DNA from: Deltaproteobacteria bacterium RBG_16_49_23
GTDB taxonomy: Bacteria > Desulfobacterota > BSN033 > UBA1163
NCBI GenBank assembly: GCA_001798855.1
Contig: MGQQ01000144.1
Coordinates: forward strand, 6,711 to 70,710
DNA length: 64,000 nucleotides
Direction: 5' to 3'
Both the position numbers and the translations under genes were made by a program. Below the pieces are notes generated by a model, which saw only the letters and a list, made by a program, of their open reading frames with translations, was not told the origin of the DNA and did no database searches. This document shows, one piece after another, positions 17,897 through 26,824 of the stretch (positions are counted from its first letter, which is position 1; each line of letters starts with the position of its first letter).

Positions 17897-19255
17897 TTAA
17901 GGCTGAGGTGTAGTGGAAAATATCCTCTGAAAGACATCGGAATGGTGTTGGAGGATATTGCCGGAGCGGCTCCGCCAGAATTGATAGTTGTGTTCGGAAT
18001 TCCCATTGAAGGGCTGAATAGGTATTTGATGGCTTCTCTCACTTAAGGCCTTCTCAAAATTTTGATTTCCTTCCGTAATCCAAGAAAACCCCTCCTTTTT
18101 GCCATAGTCGAAATAGATCGAGTGGGGCAACGGCGTGATTCCCAGTTGTCTCAGAAGATCAATCGGATTGTTCTCCCGAAGTTGCTTCAGGTCAATGGAG
18201 GAATAAGAAGGAATATTTTTTGTTTCCAGCCTTCCGAAGACTTCCAGAAATTCTGGCAGGACCATTTTGATCATCCACTTGTTCTTCAATAACCCGATAT
18301 CAAGAAGCCCGCTCTGGCTGCTGACGGACTGAAAAAGATGGGGATACTTCAAACCCAGCTTGATTGCTCCGAATCCACCGATTGAAATCCCCCCTATCCC
18401 TCTTCTTTGAAGAAATTTCTCCCGGTAGAGAGACCGGTCATGAAGATACTGCACCAGCTCCAAAAAATAGGATTCGTATCTTCCCAGTGCGCCTGGCTTC
18501 ATGGAAAAAAAGGGGAGGAGGGAATAGTTAAATGCCTCACCCTGTTCGAAATCATCACAGCCTTTTCGATTCTGTGTTGCAGGGAAAAGAGTCTTCCCTT
18601 CATTCTCATCCGTATAAAATCCATTGTCCCCATCCGGAAGAACAAGAACCATTTTTTGTATGGAGTGGAAAAGACCCTCCGGATTTTTCCCGGCAGCAAG
18701 ATTTTCGGAGACGATCGAGCGGGCAATCTCCCGTGGGTGATAATCCTCTTTCGCAAGACCGCCATGTTTTAAGAGCTCTTCAAATCGCTCTCCCAGGGAC
18801 CTCTCCAGATCCCGATAGGTACGGTTATTAAAATCCATCAATGCATAAGCGATGACCGCAATATCCTGATGGAGGAGCCAATGATATTCCTCTTCCTTAA
18901 CTTCACATAACACTCTCCTCGCCTTTTCCGGAGATCGCACCTTCCACCACCTCCCCGTTCGATGAAAATTATATCCGTGGAGAAGGTAGAGGACCGGGTA
19001 TCTGACTTTAGGGTTTTTATAAAAGTCTTCCGGAAGGATGATAAAGAATCCCTTCTCTTTTCCCAGGGAGGTCGAAAAAAAGGTCTCATATCGAACCAAG
19101 TAGTGAAACTTCTGGGATGGTTTCGGATTGAGAAGATAAGAAATCTCCAGGTCATCCGGACAACAGGGATGAGAGGCGCCAAAGGTTTTAAGCGAACCAA
19201 TCAATATTAACAGTATAGAGGAAAGAATTATCCAAAATCGCTTTCGGCGGTTCAT
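17897..19255 (-). CDS. alpha/beta hydrolase, putative esterase family
   Basis: Signal anchor, then YPVLYLLHGY and the nucleophile elbow GIGGISIGGFGA. Convergent with the cytochrome gene, 3 nt apart. Confidence 0.7.
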   Translation of the reverse strand: MNRRKRFWIILSSILLILIGSLKTFGASHPCCPDDLEISYLLNPKPSQKFHYLVRYETFFSTSLGKEKGFFIILPEDFYKNPKVRYPVLYLLHGYNFHRTGRWWKVRSPEKARRVLCEVKEEEYHWLLHQDIAVIAYALMDFNNRTYRDLERSLGERFEELLKHGGLAKEDYHPREIARSIVSENLAAGKNPEGLFHSIQKMVLVLPDGDNGFYTDENEGKTLFPATQNRKGCDDFEQGEAFNYSLLPFFSMKPGALGRYESYFLELVQYLHDRSLYREKFLQRRGIGGISIGGFGAIKLGLKYPHLFQSVSSQSGLLDIGLLKNKWMIKMVLPEFLEVFGRLETKNIPSYSSIDLKQLRENNPIDLLRQLGITPLPHSIYFDYGKKEGFSWITEGNQNFEKALSERSHQIPIQPFNGNSEHNYQFWRSRSGNILQHHSDVFQRIFSTTPQP

Positions 19256-19324
19256 CTCAATTAGAGCTAATATGCCTTCATAGGGTAGGCGTCCAACGCT
19301 TCTTTACTTTTGGTTGGTAAGTCA

Positions 19325-19392
19325 TGCCGCACTTGATGCGGTATCCAGTCTCTATTTTTCTGGATTCCGGGTCAAGCCCGGAATGACGAACA
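19325..19392. repeat. double-hairpin REP-like element
   Basis: CATGCCGCACTTGATGCGGTATC and ATTCCGGGTCAAGCCCGGAAT hairpins. This accounts for the spurious ORF 19278..19520. Confidence 0.6.
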
Positions 19393-19718
19393 AAGGAAAG
19401 GGATTTATGACTCACTACAATAGATACATTACCATAATAACAAATTGAAACCCATTTTTTCATCAAAAGCTTCTCTTTCCTAATTTTTGAAAAAAGTGTA
19501 TATTCCAGACGGAAAGTCATAATGGAAATAGACCCACACCCATCTGAATAATAAAGGATTGAATTATCCTGATTCTATATAATATTTTCTAAAATTGTCT
19601 TTTCTGGAAAAAAAATACGAAATCGACTTTTCTATGCCAAAAGAGAACCGTTAATGGTTTAAAATCTGCGAAAATATGGAATAAACATAAAAAATAATGT
19701 TCGACGAGGGAAGAGAAA

Positions 19719-20504
19719 ATGAAAATACCGCTATACCAGGTCGATGCTTTTACCTCACGGGTCTTTGCTGGCAACCCGGCGGCCGTCTGTTTTTTAGATC
19801 GTTGGGTCGACGACTTAATCCTACAGGCCGTGGCTGCCGAGAACAACCTGTCTGAGACGGCATTTTTGGTTCGTAACGCCGAAGGTTTTGACCTCAGATG
19901 GTTCACTCCGATCACTGAGGTTGCGCTATGCGGCCATGCAACATTGGCCAGCGCCTTCGTTCTTTTTTCCTATCAGAAATGGCCGGAGGAACACATCCGG
20001 TTTCAGACACGTAAGAGCGGCGAGCTTGTGGTAACAAAACGTGATGATCTCTTTGAAATGGACTTCCCTGCAAGACCTGCCCATCCCCAGGCTCCTCCCG
20101 CCGGACTCAACGAGGCGTTGCGAGTCACACCGCAAGCAGTACTCGGCTCCGCAGAGGATCTGCTTGTGGTGTTGGACAGCGAGAGGACCGTCAAGGCGGT
20201 GCAGCCCAATTTTTTCGACTTGGAACGTGTAGCATGTCGCGGCATCATCATTACAGCAAGAGGATATCGGAGCGACTTTGTATCGCGCTTTTTCGCACCC
20301 CGAGTCGGCATATCCGAGGATCCGGTGACAGGATCTGCGCATTGTGTTTTGGTTCCCTATTGGGCAGGTGTGCTTCGTAAGAACGATCTCCATGCATTTC
20401 AGGTCTCAAAGCGAGGCGGCGAGTTGTTCTGCAAGCAGGCCGGCGAGCGCGTGAAGATATCAGGCAAAGCGGTTCTCTATATGGAGGGCACAATAACGAT
20501 ATGA
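19719..20504 (+). CDS. PhzF family phenazine-biosynthesis-like isomerase
   Basis: MKIPLYQVDAFTSRVFAGNPAAVCF...LSETAFL...RWFTP..EVALCGHATLA. 261 aa. Confidence 0.85.
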   Translation: MKIPLYQVDAFTSRVFAGNPAAVCFLDRWVDDLILQAVAAENNLSETAFLVRNAEGFDLRWFTPITEVALCGHATLASAFVLFSYQKWPEEHIRFQTRKSGELVVTKRDDLFEMDFPARPAHPQAPPAGLNEALRVTPQAVLGSAEDLLVVLDSERTVKAVQPNFFDLERVACRGIIITARGYRSDFVSRFFAPRVGISEDPVTGSAHCVLVPYWAGVLRKNDLHAFQVSKRGGELFCKQAGERVKISGKAVLYMEGTITI

Positions 20505-20710
20505 AGTGTCGAACAAGTCGGATGCAGGTAACGACTTACAGCCACGCATGATCCGCGACATTCAATGTTGTGAGTTATCCTGAAAGTGGCTGCCAATTCA
20601 ATCCCTACCTCAACCACTACCTTTGAAAAATCCTTATAAAATTATTTGATCATGATCAATAATTGGTATAAATTATTAGATACGTTGAATCAATTCTATC
20701 ATTCAGTATG

Positions 20711-20803
20711 ATCCCCTCACCCCTGCCTACCGGCAGGCAGGCGGTCCCGGCCGAGGGCGGGGCAGGCAGGCTTTCCCTCTCTCCTCCGAGGGGAGAGGGA
20801 AAG
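20711..20803. repeat. GC-rich hairpin repeats
   Basis: CCCCTGCCTACCGGCAGGCAGG and CCCTCTCTCCTCCGAGGGGAGAGGG hairpins. The first is shared with 24907-24935. Confidence 0.7.
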
Positions 20804-20822
20804 GAGCCAAGAAAGGAATTCT

Positions 20823-22229
20823 ATGGAGAAAAAATGGGAAGCCCTGGACGCAATCTTCAACCCGAAGTCAGTAGCCGTGATTGGCGCGTCGGACAACCCT
20901 GGCAAATTAGGGTCTCATGTGATGAGAAGTCTAATCGAGGGAAAATATCCGGGGGAAATCTTCCCGGTCAATCCAGGCAAACAGGAAATTCTCGGAATCA
21001 AAGCCTACCCTTCTCTTCTTCAGGTCCCTGGACAAGTGGATCTCTCCATCATTGTCCTTCCTGCCGAACAGGTCCCCAAAATGATCATTGAATGTAAAGA
21101 AAAAGCTGTTAAGGGAATCGTCCTCATCACCGCCGGTTTCAAAGAGATCGAAGACCGGAGGGGAGAGTTTTTGCAAAAAGAGATTACGGAACTGGCAAAC
21201 CGGTTCGGAATCAAGATCATCGGCCCGAATACATTCGGTATTGTCAATCTCCATCTCCCTTTAAATGCCTCTTTCACACCCGAGTTTTCCCGGGTTGAGA
21301 AAGGGGGAATCGGCTTCGTGAGCCAGAGCGGTGGGATGTCCCATCTCATCGGTTTTCTTTCGATGAAGAATCAGGTCGGGTTGAGCAAGATCGTAGGTCT
21401 GGGAAACCGCTGTAATGTCGATTTCTGGGATATGCTGGAATATCTGGAGGAAGATCCGGATACAAAAGTGATAGCCATGTACCTCGAAGGACTTGATGAA
21501 CCGAGAAAATTGATCGAGGCGGCAAAAATAGGAAATTCGAAAAAACCTATTATTGCTTATAAGGTGGGGCGTTCCTCAACCGGGGACAAAGCCTCGCAAT
21601 TTCATACCGGCTCCCTTGCAGGAAAACATGAGATCTATGGGGCCGCCTTTAAGCAGGCTGGTATTCTAACCGTAAAGAGTTCGGAAGAACTATTAGATAC
21701 GGCAAAGGCTCTCTCGATCTCTCTCCTCCCGGAAGGGAATCGTGTCGCTGTGCTCTCCGGCCAGGCAGGACCTGGAATGGCAGCCTGTGATGTATGTGAG
21801 ATGGAAGGGTTATCGGTATCGCCTTTCTCTTCCGAGACTCAGAAAAAGGTCGATACGCTTCTCCCGCCCCTTGCCCTCCGGACAAATCCTGTGGACATGG
21901 GCCCTGCCTGGTATGATTCTGAAGCCATCAAAGGAACGGTGGAAGCTGTGCTGAAGGACGAACAGATTGACGCCATCATATTCTGTATCATGTTCGCCTC
22001 AGCAAACAGATCAGCCGTTGGAACCCTCGCAGAGTTCTTGCTTCAATTAGAAAGGAAAAAACCTGTAATCTGCTGCATCTCCGCACCCGAAGGGATATGG
22101 GATGAAGAGGTCCAGCGTCTTGAACAATCAGGAATTCCCAATTGTCCCACTCCGGAGAGGGCTGCCAAGACCCTTGCGAACCTTGTGAGATTTAGGAAAT
22201 TAAAAGGTTGTATCAATTTAGCTGTTTGA
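20823..22229 (+). CDS. acetate/acyl--CoA ligase (ADP-forming) alpha-type subunit (CoA-binding + succinyl-CoA-synthetase-like flavodoxin domains)
   Basis: FNPKSVAVIGASDNPGKLG..V...L, followed by the phospho-His loop SQFHTGSLAG. The last 7 codons and the stop lie inside MITE C1. Confidence 0.8.
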   Translation: MEKKWEALDAIFNPKSVAVIGASDNPGKLGSHVMRSLIEGKYPGEIFPVNPGKQEILGIKAYPSLLQVPGQVDLSIIVLPAEQVPKMIIECKEKAVKGIVLITAGFKEIEDRRGEFLQKEITELANRFGIKIIGPNTFGIVNLHLPLNASFTPEFSRVEKGGIGFVSQSGGMSHLIGFLSMKNQVGLSKIVGLGNRCNVDFWDMLEYLEEDPDTKVIAMYLEGLDEPRKLIEAAKIGNSKKPIIAYKVGRSSTGDKASQFHTGSLAGKHEIYGAAFKQAGILTVKSSEELLDTAKALSISLLPEGNRVAVLSGQAGPGMAACDVCEMEGLSVSPFSSETQKKVDTLLPPLALRTNPVDMGPAWYDSEAIKGTVEAVLKDEQIDAIIFCIMFASANRSAVGTLAEFLLQLERKKPVICCISAPEGIWDEEVQRLEQSGIPNCPTPERAAKTLANLVRFRKLKGCINLAV

Positions 22230-22350
22230 AATCGTCTTGTAAAATCCCTCCCAACCTCCCTTTTCCAAAGGGAGGAGAAAGGTTTCCCTCTTTTGACAAA
22301 GGGGGACAAAGGGGGATGAGATCGGTTTTTTCAAACCGCTAAATTGATAC
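22210..22350. mobile_element. MITE-like element, family C copy 1 (141 bp)
   Basis: Terminal inverted repeats GTATCAATTTAGCTGTTTGAAA ... TTTCAAACCGCTAAATTGATAC. Internal CCTCCC..GGGAGG and CCCTTTTGACAAAGGGGG hairpins. Confidence 0.8.
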
Positions 22351-22362
22351 AAAGGGTAAATA

Positions 22363-22788
22363 ATGTCTATGGGCTTTTTCAATTCCATCTCCATTCGAAT
22401 CCCTTTGGCATTTATTGGAGGTGTTCTCTACGGCCTGCTCACCTACGCTATTGTTCTCACCTTGAACTTCCCGGCTCGGATTGCCATCGCTGCAGGTCTT
22501 CTCGTCTTTTTCCTCTACCTCGGCTCAAGGCTCCTTATTCTCTTCTCCGGAATCGATACCCCCTATTATTCAAAGGGGCAAAAGGGTTCGCCTTACGAAA
22601 ACACTGCCTTTTACCAAACTGCCCAATGGGTCGGAAAGTTTTATCATTACCACGATACTGTTCTTTTTGCCTTCCTGGTCATTCTGGCCATAGTTTTCCT
22701 CATCTCCCTTATTATGGATGGCGTTGAAAACAGGCCTTGGGGACAAACCATCCAGGATCTCTGGGACAAATTAACTCCTTCGTTTTGA
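22363..22788 (+). CDS. hypothetical membrane protein (3-4 TM segments)
   Basis: Hydrophobic segments IPLAFIGGVLYGLLTYAIVLTL, IAIAAGLLVFFLYLG and VLFAFLVILAIVFLISLI. No family recognised. Confidence 0.5.
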   Translation: MSMGFFNSISIRIPLAFIGGVLYGLLTYAIVLTLNFPARIAIAAGLLVFFLYLGSRLLILFSGIDTPYYSKGQKGSPYENTAFYQTAQWVGKFYHYHDTVLFAFLVILAIVFLISLIMDGVENRPWGQTIQDLWDKLTPSF

Positions 22789-22863
22789 CAGTTTTCATAG
22801 CACGCAAGTTGATGAATTGCTTTGTGGGGGGCTTTTTAATATAATGGCATATGAGACCGGACG

Positions 22864-23070
22864 GTGATGAAAATGGATAAACACCTTAACAGTCAAGACC
22901 ATTCGAACTGGGCCATTGCAGGTAAACTGTTGGTTGACCTGGCCAGCATGGAGAAGGGATTTTTTGAAGTGAAGAGATACCGGCAGGAGATCTGGGACTA
23001 TATCGAGTATCGTGAGGGCCTCGTTAAATGGCCTTCGATGAACGAACAAATAAAAAGAGGTGCGTTGTGA
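22864..23070 (+). CDS. small hypothetical protein (68 aa), possibly translationally coupled to the next gene
   Basis: Its TGA stop overlaps a candidate GTG start (GTGA at 23067-23070) of the QueG-like gene. No family recognised. Confidence 0.3.
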   Translation: MMKMDKHLNSQDHSNWAIAGKLLVDLASMEKGFFEVKRYRQEIWDYIEYREGLVKWPSMNEQIKRGAL

Positions 23071-23831
23071 AAGGGAAAATCAAGGAATTTGTTTTGGGCA
23101 TAGGAGTGGATGATGTTGGAATAGCGTCGGTGAAGGATTACAAGAGCCCCAGGTCTCCGGATTTGCAGTCCATCTTCCCTGGAGCCAAATCGCTGGTTGT
23201 TCTCGCTTACAAGACACTTTCAAATTGTGAGAGCGAAAACATGCAGATTGCCATGGGGGGCCGGCTCGACGAGATGGAATTTGCACGCTCCTCCAACTAC
23301 AGGGTGGCGCGCTTTCTGGAGAGGGAGTTCAAGGCCAAAGCGATGACCGTACCTCCTTCTTATCCTTTATATATGAGCTATGAAACCAAGGGAACCATAG
23401 GGGATATCTCATTGCGGCATGCCGCCATTGCCGCAGGTCTGGGCAACTTCGGCAGGCACAATCTGGTCATTCATCCACAAATGGGTTCAAGAGTGCTTTT
23501 CACCGCCGCGGTCACCGATCTTGATTTGCCTTCGGACCCTCCGGTTTTAGAGAAACTTTGTACAGAGTGCAATGCCTGTGTTGAAAACTGTCCTGCGGGA
23601 GCATTGGATCAAGAAGGCAAAACGGATGACATGAAATGCCTTAAAAACAGCCAGCCCTATGGGATTGGGAGCGCTATCCGCTTCTGGTCGAAGTTTGCTG
23701 AAAGCTCGACTGAAGACCAGAAGAAGATGGTCAAGGATGTGAATTTCTGGCGCCTCTATCAGGCCGGGTTCATCGGTTTTCAATATTTCTGCTTTAACTG
23801 TTTTAAATCCTGCCCGGTTGGACAAGAATAA
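23028..23831 (+). CDS. epoxyqueuosine reductase (QueG)-like 4Fe-4S protein, short form
   Basis: GAKSLVVLAY, SLRHAAIAAGLGNFGRHNLVIHPQMGSRV and CTECNACVENCPAGAL, plus a second C..C...CP cluster. An alternative GTG start at 23067 is preceded by AAAGAGG. Confidence 0.65.
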   Translation: MAFDERTNKKRCVVKGKIKEFVLGIGVDDVGIASVKDYKSPRSPDLQSIFPGAKSLVVLAYKTLSNCESENMQIAMGGRLDEMEFARSSNYRVARFLEREFKAKAMTVPPSYPLYMSYETKGTIGDISLRHAAIAAGLGNFGRHNLVIHPQMGSRVLFTAAVTDLDLPSDPPVLEKLCTECNACVENCPAGALDQEGKTDDMKCLKNSQPYGIGSAIRFWSKFAESSTEDQKKMVKDVNFWRLYQAGFIGFQYFCFNCFKSCPVGQE

Positions 23832-23835
23832 TTAT

Positions 23836-23950
23836 TCCCTCCCCCTTGATGGGGGAGGGTGTGGGTGGCCGCCGGCTCAGAGATGGGTGACAAAGAAAAA
23901 CATTATTTCCCCCTCCCCTTCCTCCCCTCCCACCAGGGGAGGGAAGAAGT
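23836..23950. repeat. GC-rich hairpin repeats
   Basis: CCCTCCCCCTTGATGGGGGAGGG...GGTGGCCGCCGGCTCAGAGA, shared with 44359-44405. Also CCCTCCCACCAGGGGAGGG. Confidence 0.7.
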
Positions 23951-23988
23951 CCAAGAGGGGAGTTAGAAAACATTAGACGGCAAATTTC

Positions 23989-24900
23989 ATGCTTTCCCTT
24001 CTAATGATCATTATTTTGATGATGTCAGGGACCCCTGCCCTCTCCGCAGAGAAGGAGGGGAGAAAGGCGGCAATGAAGAGGCTTCTTCCCCGGATCGCAG
24101 GCGATTATCAGGCTGATCAAAAAGACGAATTCTACGACCGAAATGGCGCCTTTCGCTACATGGATGGTGCGGCAGAGCTGTATCGATCTTACACGTTTAA
24201 ACTGTTAATGGTCCGGGGCTACCTGAAGGCAGGCTATCCCTCCATATTGGTGGAGCTCTTCGATATGGGTTCTCCGGAGGAGGCCTTTGGAATCTTCTCT
24301 TACGAAACAGGGGAGGAAGAGGTTGGAATCGGCCAGGGGTCGGATTACGGCGGGGGGCTTCTGAGATTCTGGAAGGGGAAATACTTTGCCAATATCTTCG
24401 CTGAAAGAGAAACCCCTGCCACGAAGAAGGATATTTTGGCGATCGGCGAAACCATAGCGAGGAATATTAAGAAAGAAACCCCAGAACCAAAACTGATCCA
24501 ATTCCTGCCCGAAGAGGGTCTCCTCAAGAGAAGCCTTCGATATTTTCATCTCCATCCGATCCTGAATCATCACTACTTCATTTCCCATGACAATATCCTT
24601 AATTTAGGAGCACGAACAAATGCGATTCTGGCCACTTATCCTTTTGCCGGAGAGAAAGGTAAAACCTTTCTTCTCCTGATTCAGTACCCCGACCAAAAAC
24701 AGGCTGAAAAAGCCTTTCAGAGTTTTCTGAAGGCTTACTTGCCGGAGACTGCCGTCTCAAAAACAGTTAAGATAGAGGATGGGAAATGGACATCCGCTAA
24801 AATCCACCGCCGGTATATTCTGGTGGTCTTTGATGCGCCTTCTGTTGAAAAAACAGAGGAATTGATTGAGGCGGTCCTGAAGAAATTGCCCGGAAAATAA
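23989..24900 (+). CDS. exported hypothetical protein
   Basis: Signal peptide LLMIIILMMSGTPALSA. Conserved-looking core YMDGAAELYRSYTF...EAFGIFSYE. My recollection of a DUF match (DUF6599) is tentative. Confidence 0.5.
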   Translation: MLSLLMIIILMMSGTPALSAEKEGRKAAMKRLLPRIAGDYQADQKDEFYDRNGAFRYMDGAAELYRSYTFKLLMVRGYLKAGYPSILVELFDMGSPEEAFGIFSYETGEEEVGIGQGSDYGGGLLRFWKGKYFANIFAERETPATKKDILAIGETIARNIKKETPEPKLIQFLPEEGLLKRSLRYFHLHPILNHHYFISHDNILNLGARTNAILATYPFAGEKGKTFLLLIQYPDQKQAEKAFQSFLKAYLPETAVSKTVKIEDGKWTSAKIHRRYILVVFDAPSVEKTEELIEAVLKKLPGK

Positions 24901-24906
24901 CTTTGT

Positions 24907-25028
24907 CACCCCCACCCCTGCCTACCGGCAGGTAGGCTCACCCTCACCCCTCAAGGGAGAGGGGATATCAGTTCGATTCCTTAATTAAATTCCCTCTCCC
25001 CTCGCGGGAGAGGGTCAGGGTGAGGGGG
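24907..25028. repeat. GC-rich hairpin repeats
   Basis: CCCCTGCCTACCGGCAGGTAGG, CCCCTCAAGGGAGAGGGG and CCCTCTCCCCTCGCGGGAGAGGG. Confidence 0.7.
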
Positions 25029-25059
25029 TTATTTTCAAGGTTTGCAGGGGAGGATGACG

Positions 25060-25950
25060 ATGAAAAAAAACCGAACCATCACCCGAAGGGATTTTCTTCG
25101 GGGCACAGCCTATTCTGCTTTTGCCGCAGCTCTTGGTCCATCCCTCAGTGGAAAAGCCAAGGCAGAAGAAAAAGTCAAAATCGTCCTCATCCGGGACGCG
25201 AATGCCATCGATCCGCAGGGTCAAATCAATTCAAAGATCCTCCAGAAGATGCTCGACGATGGGGTCTGCGAATTATTGGGTGAAGAAAAGCCTGCTCAGG
25301 CCTGGGGAAAGTTAATCAAGCCGGTCGATGTCGTCGGCATCAAATCGAATAGCTGGTTCAACCTTCCTACCCCAAAAGAATTGGAAGAAGCCATCCAGCA
25401 AAGGGTGATGGATGTGGGAGTTCCTTCAAAGAATATCGGCATTGATGACCGGGGAGTATTGAGCAATCCCATTTTCAAGTCTTCCACGGCGCTCATCAAT
25501 GTTCGGCCTTTACGGACTCATCACTGGTCAGGAATCGGGGGGTGCATGAAGAACTATATCATGTTCGTTTCCACACCCTGGCTTTATCATTCCGATGCAT
25601 GCTCTCCCCTGGCTTCGATCTGGAGCAAACCGATCGTGAAGGGCAAGACCCGGCTCAATATTCTGAGTTTAATCCGGACTCAATTTTACAACCGGGGAGC
25701 CCATCACTTTGACAGGAGGTTCGTGTCCGAATATAAAGGTCTCCTCATCGGGAAGGATCCCGTGGCTCTTGATGCCGTAGGCGCCCGTCTCCTTCAGCTT
25801 CAGCGGATACGCCACTTTGGCGAAGACCGGCCCCTGGACAACCCGCCCCAGCATATTTTTGCAGCCGATGAGAAGTATAAACTCGGCGTGAGCGACCTCC
25901 GCCGCATCGACCTCGTCAAACTGGGCTGGCCAGAAGGAGTGTTAATTTAA
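25060..25950 (+). CDS. Tat-signal DUF362-like protein
   Basis: Twin-arginine motif TRRDFLRG followed by AFAAALG. GGAGG lies 6 nt before the ATG at 25060. The body resembles DUF362 (KSN..., CMKNY, GKDPVALDAVG). Confidence 0.5.
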   Translation: MKKNRTITRRDFLRGTAYSAFAAALGPSLSGKAKAEEKVKIVLIRDANAIDPQGQINSKILQKMLDDGVCELLGEEKPAQAWGKLIKPVDVVGIKSNSWFNLPTPKELEEAIQQRVMDVGVPSKNIGIDDRGVLSNPIFKSSTALINVRPLRTHHWSGIGGCMKNYIMFVSTPWLYHSDACSPLASIWSKPIVKGKTRLNILSLIRTQFYNRGAHHFDRRFVSEYKGLLIGKDPVALDAVGARLLQLQRIRHFGEDRPLDNPPQHIFAADEKYKLGVSDLRRIDLVKLGWPEGVLI

Positions 25951-25999
25951 GAACACTTCATAGTCTTAAATTAAAGATTAAGCATCCATCTTAGGCGTT

Positions 26000-26227
26000 T
26001 TATTGTAATGGAAGTTTCCGTTGATAAGCATCACATTTAAAATCATCCAGATCATTCCCCTGATCCATCCTCGTTAACTTGCACAAAATCCCTTCGGTGA
26101 TTCCACTTTTTTGACAACACTCGCATTCAGGCGTATGGTCGGGATGATCATACTTCAAGCAGGTGGAACAGACTTCTTGCCATCTTATCCGCCTATCCAA
26201 TTTAGGATTTATGGCCTTTTTAGTCAT
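26000..26227 (-). CDS. small Cys-rich hypothetical protein (75 aa, 7 Cys)
   Basis: CSTC...PECECC...C...C pattern. Isolated gene, no family recognised. Confidence 0.4.
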   Translation of the reverse strand: MTKKAINPKLDRRIRWQEVCSTCLKYDHPDHTPECECCQKSGITEGILCKLTRMDQGNDLDDFKCDAYQRKLPLQ

Positions 26228-26539
26228 ATTCTCTCTCTTGTTTGTAGTTATTTTCAGAAGATCATGGGAAGAAGTATTGATCGGATTATAACAAGACCAA
26301 CCATTATTTCAAGGATATTAACACATTATTTATCAGATTATTTATCATTGACTCTCTCGTCCTGATCTGATAACTTTGCCTTACAATGAAAGCTTTTCTT
26401 CCTTAAAGAATACTAAAGCGGCCTTGCAGAAAGTATTTAGGCTAATGAGCGCTGGATATTCTTGATTTATAGCTCATGGAGAAAATGCATCGCTTTAATT
26501 GAATCAAAGACCGTGTTATGATGGAAAGGGGATTAGTTA

Positions 26540-26824
26540 TTGGCCATAATTCACAGGATACGGAAAAAAGTAGAAGAACAAGGCTTTGAGTTTACTATTC
26601 CCCACTTTTTTGAAGAAATGGCTAATGACAATCTTGTTTTCGCCGATATTCAAATGGCAATTGCTAAAGGACAAATAAATCGCAAATTCACCCGAGATCC
26701 AAGAGGAACCCGGTATGAGGTGATCGGGCCTGCAAGAGACGGGCGAATTATTGGCATTATATGTAGAATCAAGAGCACGGGAAAATTATTATTTATCACC
26801 ACTTATGCCTTGGAGGAAGAATAA
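26540..26824 (+). CDS. DUF4258-like toxin candidate
   Basis: About 94 aa. The pattern H...E.M...I...DI..AI..G....K...DPRG.RYEV.G...DGR.IG.ICR matches DUF4258. TTG start assumed. 1-nt overlap (TAATG) with the next ORF. Confidence 0.5.
   Translation: MAIIHRIRKKVEEQGFEFTIPHFFEEMANDNLVFADIQMAIAKGQINRKFTRDPRGTRYEVIGPARDGRIIGIICRIKSTGKLLFITTYALEEE

Noticed and set aside
19278-19520. 80-aa ORF (…RHSGLDPESRKIETGYRIKCGMT…)
   Set aside because: Its conserved-looking core is the translation of the double-hairpin repeat at 19325-19392. There is no Shine-Dalgarno sequence, and it lies in an AT-rich gap. I treat it as spurious.
20708-21091. 127-aa ORF upstream of and overlapping the ACD alpha gene
   Set aside because: It starts inside the hairpin repeats (PSPLPTGRQAVPAEGGAG) and overlaps the strongly supported 20823 frame.
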